IMG/VR virus record: IMGVR_UViG_3300027571_000050
Coordinates: 1-29,141 of that record
Length of the DNA stretch: 29,141 bases
Strand: one strand, 5' to 3'
Source: a virus
Lineage: Duplodnaviria > Caudoviricetes
The notes under the pieces are model-generated. The model was not told the DNA's origin. It searched no databases and saw only the letters and a list, made by a program, of their open reading frames with translations. Positions 18,705 to 26,132 of this stretch are shown piece after piece (the stretch's first letter is position 1; the number at the start of each line of letters is the position of its first letter). The position numbers and the translations under genes were made by a program.

Positions 18705-19384
18705 TATCCATCTGCCCTTGCTCTTGTTATAAAGTTGTATCCAACAGATCTACCAGCAGACCTTCCAAAAGTCTTTCCTCTAGAAATACTATTCTTGTAG
18801 TCTTTAGACGTCTTTAGATAATCTAGTATACCACTGTTACGCAACCAGGCTTGTGAAAAATATTGATTTACAAATACATTTACGATATTTTCAAATGATC
18901 CCTGGGCTTCTGTTCCACCTGGGCTTTCTACTGAAACGCTGCCTTTTACAAATACTTGCTCCCCGTCTTCATTAACGAACGACAAAACATCTGCTCTCTT
19001 AGGTCTTATTACCACTGGAATGCCCTGCTCCATAATCCTGGCCTTATCATAAAATGGAACTGACGATCCACTCTTTATAGATGTTGATTGCCTAAACGTA
19101 AAGTTAAAAGAAAGTCCAAAGCTATTTGATACATAGTTAATATCAAATAGTCTTGAGCTGGGGTTGCCAGCTTCATTCCACTCATACATGTGCTGCAGGG
19201 CAGCAGGATTTACTCTTGCATTAGAGTCTACGAATTGCCTAATTGCATCAATCGCATCTTTGCCTACATTGTCTACGAATACGCTTTTACCCTGGTTAAT
19301 TCCCTCTATGTATCCATTAGAGTAATCAAGTACGTTATTCATTTCTTTTAAGAATTTCTTGTCATCAAAGAATACGTTTAGCAT
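18704..19384 (-). CDS. Putative tail completion/neck protein (HK97 gp10-like position)
   Basis: 226 aa. KARIMEQGIPVVIRPKRADVLSF...VFVKGSVSVESPG resembles the E.G....I.PK.A..L.F......F...V.HPG motif of neck/tail completion proteins. Confidence 0.6.
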   Translation of the reverse strand: MLNVFFDDKKFLKEMNNVLDYSNGYIEGINQGKSVFVDNVGKDAIDAIRQFVDSNARVNPAALQHMYEWNEAGNPSSRLFDINYVSNSFGLSFNFTFRQSTSIKSGSSVPFYDKARIMEQGIPVVIRPKRADVLSFVNEDGEQVFVKGSVSVESPGGTEAQGSFENIVNVFVNQYFSQAWLRNSGILDYLKTSKDYKNSISRGKTFGRSAGRSVGYNFITRARADG

Positions 19385-19836
19385 TATACGTCTGCCGCCT
19401 GATTCTCGGATCTACGAAGAACTAGCTTATAATACTCTACGCCGCCAAATGGACCAACAAACGGCTCTTGAGTTGCAATTTCAAAGATTGTTGATTTACC
19501 TGCTCTTGGCCCAGATGTTTCGAGATATATTTCATTACAGTTAGAGTCTTTGATGTTGGTTACAATTACGTTGGTTATTGATGCATTAGAGTCTCTGCTT
19601 GAAACACGGATGTCTGTTTTTGCTCTACCGATTATGATTGTGTCTTGTGTAATGTTTACGTTAGGCTTTATCTCTTCTTTTAGTGCTGACCCAGCACCAG
19701 TAAGGCTACATGCAATAGTTCTATCTAAAACCCAGGTCTTAGAAACATTTCCGTATGCACCTTGCTCTACTATAGGGTAGTATATATCTGCCTGCATTGG
19801 GAACATAAAATCTGTAACTTCGCAGATTACATTCAT
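19384..19836 (-). CDS. Putative head-to-tail stopper (head closure)
   Basis: 150 aa beta-rich ORF (ADIYYP...QGAYGN...W...IAC...YYKLVLRR) directly after the adaptor gene. Confidence 0.6.
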   Translation of the reverse strand: MNVICEVTDFMFPMQADIYYPIVEQGAYGNVSKTWVLDRTIACSLTGAGSALKEEIKPNVNITQDTIIIGRAKTDIRVSSRDSNASITNVIVTNIKDSNCNEIYLETSGPRAGKSTIFEIATQEPFVGPFGGVEYYKLVLRRSENQAADV

Positions 19837-20987
19837 TATAGTACTCCGAATCTAGTTATTGTTTGGACATACTTACCAAGTATCTTGTCAACAATAATAT
19901 TTCCCGTTCCCTCTAGCATCTTCTTGTCGAACTGAATTTTGAACTGGTCAGTGTTGTACGATGTGATATACCTCTTGTAATACTCCATCTTTCCACACTT
20001 AATATCTTCGATCAGTAGCTTGGTTGCATACTCTATCTCTGGTGGTATAGCCTTGTACCCCGCATCCAGAATGAAGGTGTAGTCAAAGTCTCTTTGAAAT
20101 GCTGGAGAGCCAGGGCTTGCAAAGCCAAGATCTCCATTTGATGCTGGTAGTGCAATTGGGGCAGACTGATAGCGATTAATTCTATCGGTATACACCTTGT
20201 AGATTGCCGAATTGTCTAGCGTCACAGCGTAGGCATCATACCAGACTCTTTCTACAGTTCCAACCGATTCCTCAGTTGCAAGCGAGTAATCGCTTATGGT
20301 TTTAGAAATTCTAAATGAATACTCATCAATAATTTCAGATATTCTAAATGGGCTGTTGAGCTCGGCAAAGTCTTGCGAGAATCCAGCCAACTCAACTAGA
20401 TTGCCCACTGAGTAACCGTGCTTTACGGTTGTGGTAAGTCCCACACCGTCATTTACGTCTTGCAGTACATCGTAGAATGAGGCTACGCTTATTGCGGTGT
20501 CTTCGCTATTGTAGACCATTACATTGTTCTCGTAAACCCTTAGAACTTTGTTTGTGTCGTGCCAAAGCGGATAGTAGTCTGTGTTATTTCCCACACCCTG
20601 AACTACTAGCTTATGATTATAAAAACCATCACTAGTAAACTCATCAATGATTGCCCTCGCAACAATCTCAAGCATTTTGTACTCTGCAATTTCTGAAGCT
20701 ATTGTGCCAAGGCTATTTGGGTCTACATATGGTCTGTAAACATTTAGGTTGCTGTCTACTACAGCTAGATTTGTTGTATCGTATATTCTAATAGCAAAGT
20801 CTCTGTCAAACTGGATCTTTGACTGAGGCAGCTCATATACGATTTGAGCAGACGAGTTAGATGTAACATCGACTGTTTCTATCGAGTGGTCCACCAGATC
20901 CTCTAGCTCAATGACATAGTTGGTGTCAGCATCTGGGACATCCCAGGTAGTTACTAGCGGATATGGTGGAACCCTCAATATTTCCAT
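19836..20987 (-). CDS. Head-to-tail adaptor with N-terminal Ig-like region and inserted FCCH-like domain
   Basis: 383 aa. Adaptor hallmarks: ARAIIDEF, AGYKAIPPEIEYATKLL and TGNIIVDKILGKY. Internal insertion HGYSVGNLVELAG. Confidence 0.75.
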   Translation of the reverse strand: MEILRVPPYPLVTTWDVPDADTNYVIELEDLVDHSIETVDVTSNSSAQIVYELPQSKIQFDRDFAIRIYDTTNLAVVDSNLNVYRPYVDPNSLGTIASEIAEYKMLEIVARAIIDEFTSDGFYNHKLVVQGVGNNTDYYPLWHDTNKVLRVYENNVMVYNSEDTAISVASFYDVLQDVNDGVGLTTTVKHGYSVGNLVELAGFSQDFAELNSPFRISEIIDEYSFRISKTISDYSLATEESVGTVERVWYDAYAVTLDNSAIYKVYTDRINRYQSAPIALPASNGDLGFASPGSPAFQRDFDYTFILDAGYKAIPPEIEYATKLLIEDIKCGKMEYYKRYITSYNTDQFKIQFDKKMLEGTGNIIVDKILGKYVQTITRFGVL

Positions 20988-20991
20988 TTGA

Positions 20992-21450
20992 TTATAGAGC
21001 CTTTATCTCGTCTTCAGTTGCTTCTCGAACGTATTCAAGTGTTAGCCACTGGTCTGCTTCCTCTCTCGAAACAATGTGGTAGCCTCTAGAGAGACGTCCA
21101 ACGCCCTCCCAGTATGCATTCTTTGTTGAGAACACTGCTACCTTTTCTGAGCTTAGCTTTGGTGTTGCCTTTGGCTTTGGCTCCTCTTTCTTAGGAGCTG
21201 TAGGCTTTGATGCAGCAGGCTTAGCTTCTGGGGCTGGAGCCTCTTCCAGCTTTTCCTCTACAGCAGCATCCTCTACTGGACGAGCAAATTCTGTTCCATC
21301 CTGAACGATACCATCGCCATCCCCATCCCTTGCGTCTGGGTTAAAACCTTCTGGCAGGTCTGTTGCTGGACGCTCAAACTTTGTTCCGTCCTGGACCACG
21401 CCGTCTCCATCGCCATCTGTGGCTTCTGGGTTAAATACTTCTCTTGCCAT
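20992..21450 (-). CDS. Hypothetical protein with two DxDxDG acidic repeats, Pro/Ala/Lys linker and small C-terminal domain
   Basis: 152 aa with SD AGGAGG and its own promoter. Lies between the capsid and adaptor genes. Confidence 0.75.
   Translation of the reverse strand: MAREVFNPEATDGDGDGVVQDGTKFERPATDLPEGFNPDARDGDGDGIVQDGTEFARPVEDAAVEEKLEEAPAPEAKPAASKPTAPKKEEPKPKATPKLSSEKVAVFSTKNAYWEGVGRLSRGYHIVSREEADQWLTLEYVREATEDEIKAL
21277..21435 (-). repeat. Two 23-aa coding repeats, 90-nt period
   Basis: FNPEATDGDGDGVVQDGTKFERP (21367-21435) and FNPDARDGDGDGIVQDGTEFARP (21277-21345). Confidence 0.9.
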
Positions 21451-21468
21451 AATATTCCTCCTGAATCA

Positions 21469-21477
21469 ATTATAACA
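21469..21477 (-). promoter_or_regulatory. Extended -10 promoter TGTTATAAT
   Basis: TGTTATAAT-TGATTC-AGGAGG-AATATT-ATG, just downstream of the capsid terminator. Confidence 0.75.
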
Positions 21478-21484
21478 GATTACT

Positions 21485-21518
21485 AAAAAAGGGGCAGGAG
21501 CTGAGTAGCCCCTGCCCC
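21485..21518 (-). terminator. Intrinsic terminator after the major capsid gene
   Basis: GGGGCAGGGGCT-ACTC-AGCTCCTGCCCC-TTTTTT: a 12-bp stem with one G-U pair, followed by U6. Confidence 0.92.
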
Positions 21519-21537
21519 CTTAAGGTTTAGTTTAGAT

Positions 21538-22680
21538 TTAGCTATCTGCAGCTGCGTCAGCAAATGCGATTGCGTCCTCTTCCTCCCACTGAATACCGAA
21601 ACGTACGAATACGGTGTACTCAATGGTGTCCTTCTTTGCCTTGTACTCACGGTTTACAGTGATGTCTCTCTGGAAACCCCAAATGCGGTTAGCTGGGAAG
21701 GTTAGGTCTACGTAGCCAGTTGGGTAGTAAGGAACTTCCTGTACATCGACACCAAGAACACGAGTAGTACGTGCTCCACCGAATGTCTGCCCCATACCGT
21801 CTAGGTAGTCTTGACGGTTAGCCTGAGTTGAACCTGGGGTCATTCCTGCGAATGCCTCAGCAACAGCGTCAGCTAGTGTACCGTTGTGCTTAACGATTCC
21901 CTGGAATGCGTCAGTACCAGCGTAGAACTTAAGATTGTTCTTAAGTGCACGGTACTTGCGTGGCAATGCCAGGATGATCTGCTGCATAACGTCTGGAGTC
22001 CATGCATTGTCAGCTACAGTAACTACAGCCTCGTGTGCGTCTCCAGTGGTTGCCTTGTTGACAAATCCGTCCATGATGGACAAGAAGTTGCCAGTAGCAC
22101 CGTCACCGTTAATAGCTAGATCCTCGATGTCATTCGCAAAAGCGTTTGTCATCAATCGTACTAGGTGGTCCTCAAGTGCGGCACCTTCGATGCCATCCTC
22201 AAGGGACTCTGATGAGACTTCCCAGTCTAGACGGATCTTCTTTGTAGTAAGCTCCACCTTGCTGAATGTCGCACCTGCGTTGGTGTAGTCACCGACAGCC
22301 TGTGCGGCTGCACGAATAACACGCTCTCCAACATTAACCTTCTCGAGCTCCATGGTGTTTGCACGCATGGTAACACGACGGCCATCCTTGGCGAGAACAG
22401 TAGCATCCCAAACATAGTCAATAAAACGACGTGCCTGCTCTGGGCGTAGGATACCGCTGCCATCTGTACCAGATGGGTTTACGGCATTAGGTCCTGTTGT
22501 TAGACCATATTCTGCGTTAGGGATGTTGTTTAGGACACCACCTGTTGCATAGTTACCAGGAACATTCTCAGCTGTATCGCTGCCAGATGCCATTGCACCC
22601 TGACCTTGATATAGACCTGGAGCAGTACCACCTAGTTCGCCAGTTTCACCTGGCTGGTTTTTGATAATCTCTTCCGACAT
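21538..22680 (-). CDS. Major capsid protein (HK97 fold)
   Basis: 380 aa. GILRPEQARRFID, VELTTKKIRLDWEVSSESLED, FANDIEDLAINGDG and TVFVRFG are HK97-type capsid motifs. Strong SD AGGAGGTG and a downstream terminator. Confidence 0.95.
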   Translation of the reverse strand: MSEEIIKNQPGETGELGGTAPGLYQGQGAMASGSDTAENVPGNYATGGVLNNIPNAEYGLTTGPNAVNPSGTDGSGILRPEQARRFIDYVWDATVLAKDGRRVTMRANTMELEKVNVGERVIRAAAQAVGDYTNAGATFSKVELTTKKIRLDWEVSSESLEDGIEGAALEDHLVRLMTNAFANDIEDLAINGDGATGNFLSIMDGFVNKATTGDAHEAVVTVADNAWTPDVMQQIILALPRKYRALKNNLKFYAGTDAFQGIVKHNGTLADAVAEAFAGMTPGSTQANRQDYLDGMGQTFGGARTTRVLGVDVQEVPYYPTGYVDLTFPANRIWGFQRDITVNREYKAKKDTIEYTVFVRFGIQWEEEDAIAFADAAADS

Positions 22681-22710
22681 ATTGTCACCTCCTAAGTGAT
22701 TTTTGTTGTC

Positions 22711-23319
22711 TTAATTAAATAAGTCGGCAGTTTTGAGGAAACGTCCGCCCCATAGGGATTTCTGAACCTGTTCTGGTTCAGATTCCTGTACGATCTCGCC
22801 TAGATCGCCAGATTTACGGAAAGCGGTGTCTGCCTCTACGGCTTCAAACCTCTTTCCAAATTCATTAAAGTCACTCTTAGCAGATACGAGATCTTCCTTT
22901 ACGGACTTGATATCGCTGGCGTTGCCATCAATTGACTTCTTTAGTTCAGCAATCTCGTCATTTAATGACTTTACGACTGCTGTTAGGTCGCTAAAGGCTG
23001 ATGCAATACCGTCTTTTAGGTCAGTTACGACTGCGGTTACATCATCTGATTTTGATACCTCTTCAGTTGCATCTACAGAGTCGGACTTCTCGTCGTAAGA
23101 CTTGTCCTCTTCCTTCATGTCTTCTGACTTCTCTTCAGTTTCAGCATCGTCTGCCTTCTCTTCCATCTCGTCTTCGTCCATGTCGTCTGTCTTTGCAACG
23201 TCTGCGTCGTCTGCCTTTTCAACAGCCTCAGCTACGGCGTCTGCCTCTGGAGCGACCTGTGCTTCTGCAACTACGTCGTCAGACTTCTCGACGATCTCTT
23301 CATTAGTTGTTTCGTTCAT
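22711..23319 (-). CDS. Putative nested scaffolding protein (202 aa) from an internal in-frame start
   Basis: AAAGGAGG-8 nt-ATG at Met252 of the protease ORF, at the boundary of the acidic/coiled-coil region. Confidence 0.7.
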   Translation of the reverse strand: MNETTNEEIVEKSDDVVAEAQVAPEADAVAEAVEKADDADVAKTDDMDEDEMEEKADDAETEEKSEDMKEEDKSYDEKSDSVDATEEVSKSDDVTAVVTDLKDGIASAFSDLTAVVKSLNDEIAELKKSIDGNASDIKSVKEDLVSAKSDFNEFGKRFEAVEADTAFRKSGDLGEIVQESEPEQVQKSLWGGRFLKTADLFN

Positions 23320-24072
23320 AGGATCTTCCTCCTTTGTCATCTTAGCAAGATTCATGCCTTTAGCACTATCAACTAAGAACTTTATCATTTCTATTTTTTC
23401 GTCATCATTTTTTTCAACGAAACCTATGTTCTTCATTTGATCTCCAGATGAAGGGCTAACTGCTGAGTCTTCCTCAGAAAGCAGTACTAGGCCAGTCTGG
23501 TCATCCCAGAACACATTCTCTAGTGTAGTTTCGTCTCCCTTGACGACATCTACACCGTCTACCTTTTCGATAGACATGATGTTTGCAAACTGATTAGCTG
23601 GAGTGTCTACTAGAGAAAGCTCTACTAAGTCGTATTCTTTGATAACACGAACTGACTTGTCCATCTTCTCGTCATAGGCGTCGTCCCACTTGTTCATTCT
23701 ACCGCCAATAGAAAAGCCCTGGAGAGTTCCATCCATAACCTTTTCCCATGTGTCCTGTGCACCCTTTGAAACGTATGCAGAAACATAAACTCCTGCATAA
23801 AACTTCTTGGTGTCTGGATCAAAGTACTTGTCTTCTTTGAATGAAACCATCTTTCCGACGGCTAGTGGCTGGTGCATTTCTCGAATGTTACCACGGAACT
23901 TAGCAAAAGCCTTCATGCTTGCATCTGCAGTGACGATGTCATCCTGCTTATCTACGTTATCGAGTGTAGCAAATCCTGAGACGATACGCCTCTCTTTGTC
24001 AACCTTACTGAACGGCATTGAGAGACGGAGGTTGTCCCCGTCTGAACTCCATTGTGCCTTAGATATAGTCAT
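22711..24072 (-). CDS. Prohead protease (HK97/XkdF-like serine protease) with C-terminal scaffold
   Basis: RIVSGFAT..NVDKQDDIV, REMHQ (His), GFSIGG (Ser) and LVELSLVDTPAN, followed by an acidic region and a coiled coil. Lies between portal and capsid. Confidence 0.92.
   Translation of the reverse strand: MTISKAQWSSDGDNLRLSMPFSKVDKERRIVSGFATLDNVDKQDDIVTADASMKAFAKFRGNIREMHQPLAVGKMVSFKEDKYFDPDTKKFYAGVYVSAYVSKGAQDTWEKVMDGTLQGFSIGGRMNKWDDAYDEKMDKSVRVIKEYDLVELSLVDTPANQFANIMSIEKVDGVDVVKGDETTLENVFWDDQTGLVLLSEEDSAVSPSSGDQMKNIGFVEKNDDEKIEMIKFLVDSAKGMNLAKMTKEEDPMNETTNEEIVEKSDDVVAEAQVAPEADAVAEAVEKADDADVAKTDDMDEDEMEEKADDAETEEKSEDMKEEDKSYDEKSDSVDATEEVSKSDDVTAVVTDLKDGIASAFSDLTAVVKSLNDEIAELKKSIDGNASDIKSVKEDLVSAKSDFNEFGKRFEAVEADTAFRKSGDLGEIVQESEPEQVQKSLWGGRFLKTADLFN
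23328..23347 (-). promoter_or_regulatory. Internal extended -10 (TGCTAAGAT) and SD (AGGAGG) for scaffold and capsid
   Basis: TGCTAAGAT-GACAA-AGGAGG-AAGATCCT-ATG has the same layout as the promoter/SD at 21457-21477. Confidence 0.55.
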
Positions 24073-24081
24073 ACTACCCTA

Positions 24082-24087
24082 ATTATA
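24082..24087 (-). promoter_or_regulatory. -10 element TATAAT, near-leaderless start of the protease gene
   Basis: CGCTATAAT-TAGGGTAGT-ATG, with a 9-nt spacer and no clear SD. Confidence 0.65.
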
Positions 24088-24104
24088 GCGTACTTTTTAT
24101 AAAA

Positions 24105-24120
24105 GTTACAGAAATGTAAC
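24105..24120. promoter_or_regulatory. Inverted repeat GTTACA-N4-TGTAAC, possible operator over the -35 position
   Basis: Perfect 6-bp arms in the portal-protease intergenic gap, 17 nt upstream of the TATAAT. Confidence 0.4.
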
Positions 24121-24123
24121 ATT

Positions 24124-25746
24124 TTATTCTGAAGCCGCTCCCTCTCCTTGTGCATTCCTACCATCTATTGTACCAGATGAATCGGATTGCGTGTTCGATC
24201 TTTGAGTATCTCTTTCACGATTGCCCGCTAAATTAGCACGGGCATCTGTAGATTGACGGGCAGACATTTCAAAAGGTTCGTCTCCGTCTGGCCTTTGGGG
24301 CAAACCAAGTGCGTCACGTGCTTCGTTTGGCACCATGATTTGTGTCTTTACGTAACGCTCTAAAATCTGAGACTGTGCAATCTCGTCGGTCAGAGTTAGC
24401 TCGTTAAATACAAAGTCTAGAATGTCTGTCTTCTCGTGGACAATCTTATTAATCATCTTCTCGATATTGGTTTGTGCTGGTCTAGCTACCTGCTCTTTAA
24501 AGGTCCTGTCCTGAGCCAAAGCTGCAGCAATAGAGGATGAGTCTCCTCCACCAATCTTAGACAATGGCACCTGATGTGCAACTAAGATGTCTTCTCTATT
24601 ACGAAGCCTATACTCATTGAATGAAGCTTCTTGAACACCGTTCTCAATTGGCTTCATATCAAACTCTACCTTGTTTGTATCAGAGTCTCCAGGCAGCGGT
24701 ATATAAAGAGTTCTGTGTGACTGCCCCTTTAGGCTAGTCTGTAAGAATCTAAACATCTTGTCTTCTGCATCAGAGGATAGCTTGGCACCCTTTAGAGTTA
24801 CGACGTATCTTGGAACAGCCTTGTTGGCAAAGTAATCGATGTTGTACTGGCTTGCTAGCTGGTCTCCATGTAGAGATGAGATAGCTGCCATTATATCTGG
24901 TACCCCGTAAAATGTATTTAGCGGAGAATATTCTTTATAGTGTAGAATCTCGTTTGGTCTAGGATCTCCTGTAAGCGGGTTTGCATTCTTTGCCCCAAAA
25001 TTACGGAAGTATATAACCTTCTGACCAATAATCTGGACAAAGCCATCACGTAGCCTGCGTACACGCATTGTGGTGGATGGGATGTGTCCTACATATCCAA
25101 TCTCTCCGTTAGTCTTTCTTCCAATTTCAAGGTAGCCATTTCCAGTAGCCTGAACGTCTGTATAAAACTTCATCATTGTGTGAGTAAACGAGTCATCCTT
25201 GTTTAGGTTTTCAAGCCAGTCTGTTAGCTCAACCTTGGCTCGCTCAATTCTTTTACGAGCACGTGTGGTGGCATCTGGATTCTCTGTTGATTCTAGCTTA
25301 AGCAATGTCCTCTTAGACATCTCAAAGTCAAAGCCGAGGCCGACAATGTTTTCTACCTTGGCGTCGATGGCTGCGTGGTTAGCAAATGATGTGTCGTAGT
25401 AGTTTGCTAGCTCATACAAGTTCCATGGTGGTGTGATCACATCAAAGATTCCGTATCCATTTCTGAATACGTTACCTGGGTTAATCTGCTTTGATGCTGC
25501 ACCTTCTCCAACAGAGATTGCTCTGGCTGCCCCAGCGTACTGGGCAGTGGTCAGGTCTACGTTTGTTGGCTGTGCCGTATCGTATGCCTTTGAGAAGTTT
25601 CTGTCTTCTCTACGCTTAAAGTTTTTCTCGATGCCAGATAGAGTTTTTAGGTGATCCCATGTCTTGTTGAATGGATCTTTGGCCTTAAACAGGTCCTCTT
25701 CTTGCTCCAGCTCTGGTAGGCTTGCACCTACAATATATTCGCTCAT
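24124..25746 (-). CDS. Portal protein (HK97/PBSX family)
   Basis: 540 aa. HAAIDAKVENIVGLG, TGNGYLEIGR, EILHYKEYSPLNTFYGVP, DILVAHQVP..KIG and IMVPNEARDALGLP...GDE. Confidence 0.95.
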   Translation of the reverse strand: MSEYIVGASLPELEQEEDLFKAKDPFNKTWDHLKTLSGIEKNFKRREDRNFSKAYDTAQPTNVDLTTAQYAGAARAISVGEGAASKQINPGNVFRNGYGIFDVITPPWNLYELANYYDTSFANHAAIDAKVENIVGLGFDFEMSKRTLLKLESTENPDATTRARKRIERAKVELTDWLENLNKDDSFTHTMMKFYTDVQATGNGYLEIGRKTNGEIGYVGHIPSTTMRVRRLRDGFVQIIGQKVIYFRNFGAKNANPLTGDPRPNEILHYKEYSPLNTFYGVPDIMAAISSLHGDQLASQYNIDYFANKAVPRYVVTLKGAKLSSDAEDKMFRFLQTSLKGQSHRTLYIPLPGDSDTNKVEFDMKPIENGVQEASFNEYRLRNREDILVAHQVPLSKIGGGDSSSIAAALAQDRTFKEQVARPAQTNIEKMINKIVHEKTDILDFVFNELTLTDEIAQSQILERYVKTQIMVPNEARDALGLPQRPDGDEPFEMSARQSTDARANLAGNRERDTQRSNTQSDSSGTIDGRNAQGEGAASE

Positions 25747-26114
25747 TCTTCTTCCCCGTAAACTTCTAGTGTCTTCTTGGCTGCTATTACTGCACCAAGA
25801 TCATTCATGCTTGGTATCAGGCCCTGGTTTAGCCTGTCCATTTGCTCGGAGTGCTCTTCGTCTGTTATTCTGGCTGCACCTGGGAAAAATATTGGTTGGC
25901 CATCTGCCTCGCCGTAGTGAGCTGCTGCATCCCTTAGCTTCTGTATTTGATTCTCATCGTCTTTATTGGCAGGAACGTTTAGAACGTTTCCCTGTCCATC
26001 TGTGAACCACTTACCATTTGACTTTTTCCAAACATAAGTTCCCCACGCATAACCAGTTTTTTCAACTAGTGTTACCTTGGCCTTACCAAGGGCTTCTTCA
26101 AATTTGTCTTTCAT
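25743..26114 (-). CDS. Hypothetical protein (123 aa); start revised to ATG 26114
   Basis: The ORF track starts at GTG 26120, but that codon is only 1 nt past the -10 box. The ATG at 26114 is 7 nt after TATACT. ATGA overlap with the portal gene. Confidence 0.75.
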   Translation of the reverse strand: MKDKFEEALGKAKVTLVEKTGYAWGTYVWKKSNGKWFTDGQGNVLNVPANKDDENQIQKLRDAAAHYGEADGQPIFFPGAARITDEEHSEQMDRLNQGLIPSMNDLGAVIAAKKTLEVYGEEE

Positions 26115-26121
26115 AACCACT

Positions 26122-26130
26122 AGTATACCA
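26122..26130 (-). promoter_or_regulatory. Extended -10 promoter TGGTATACT, leaderless, for the portal operon
   Basis: TAG-TA-TGGTATACT-AGTGGTT-ATG fills the intergenic gap, with no SD. Confidence 0.75.
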
Positions 26131-26132
26131 TA

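Noticed and set aside
20988-20996. TATAAT just before the adaptor ATG
   Set aside because: It is formed by the last codon and stop of the upstream gene and lies only 3 nt from the ATG, too close to act as its promoter.
22227-22463. 78-aa alternative-frame ORF inside the capsid gene (similar cases at 7587..7790 and 8020..8202)
   Set aside because: Short, with no recognisable product or convincing initiation signal, and expected by chance.
225-26005. Numerous plus-strand ORFs of 60-166 aa
   Set aside because: All are antisense shadows of long minus-strand genes. Many are Ser/Leu/Phe-rich, as expected from the reverse complement of acidic coding sequence, and none has a recognisable motif.
26115-26120. 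GTG start given by the ORF track for the gene before the portal
   Set aside because: It lies only 1 nt downstream of the -10 box and would not be transcribed from that promoter. ATG 26114 fits a leaderless start.
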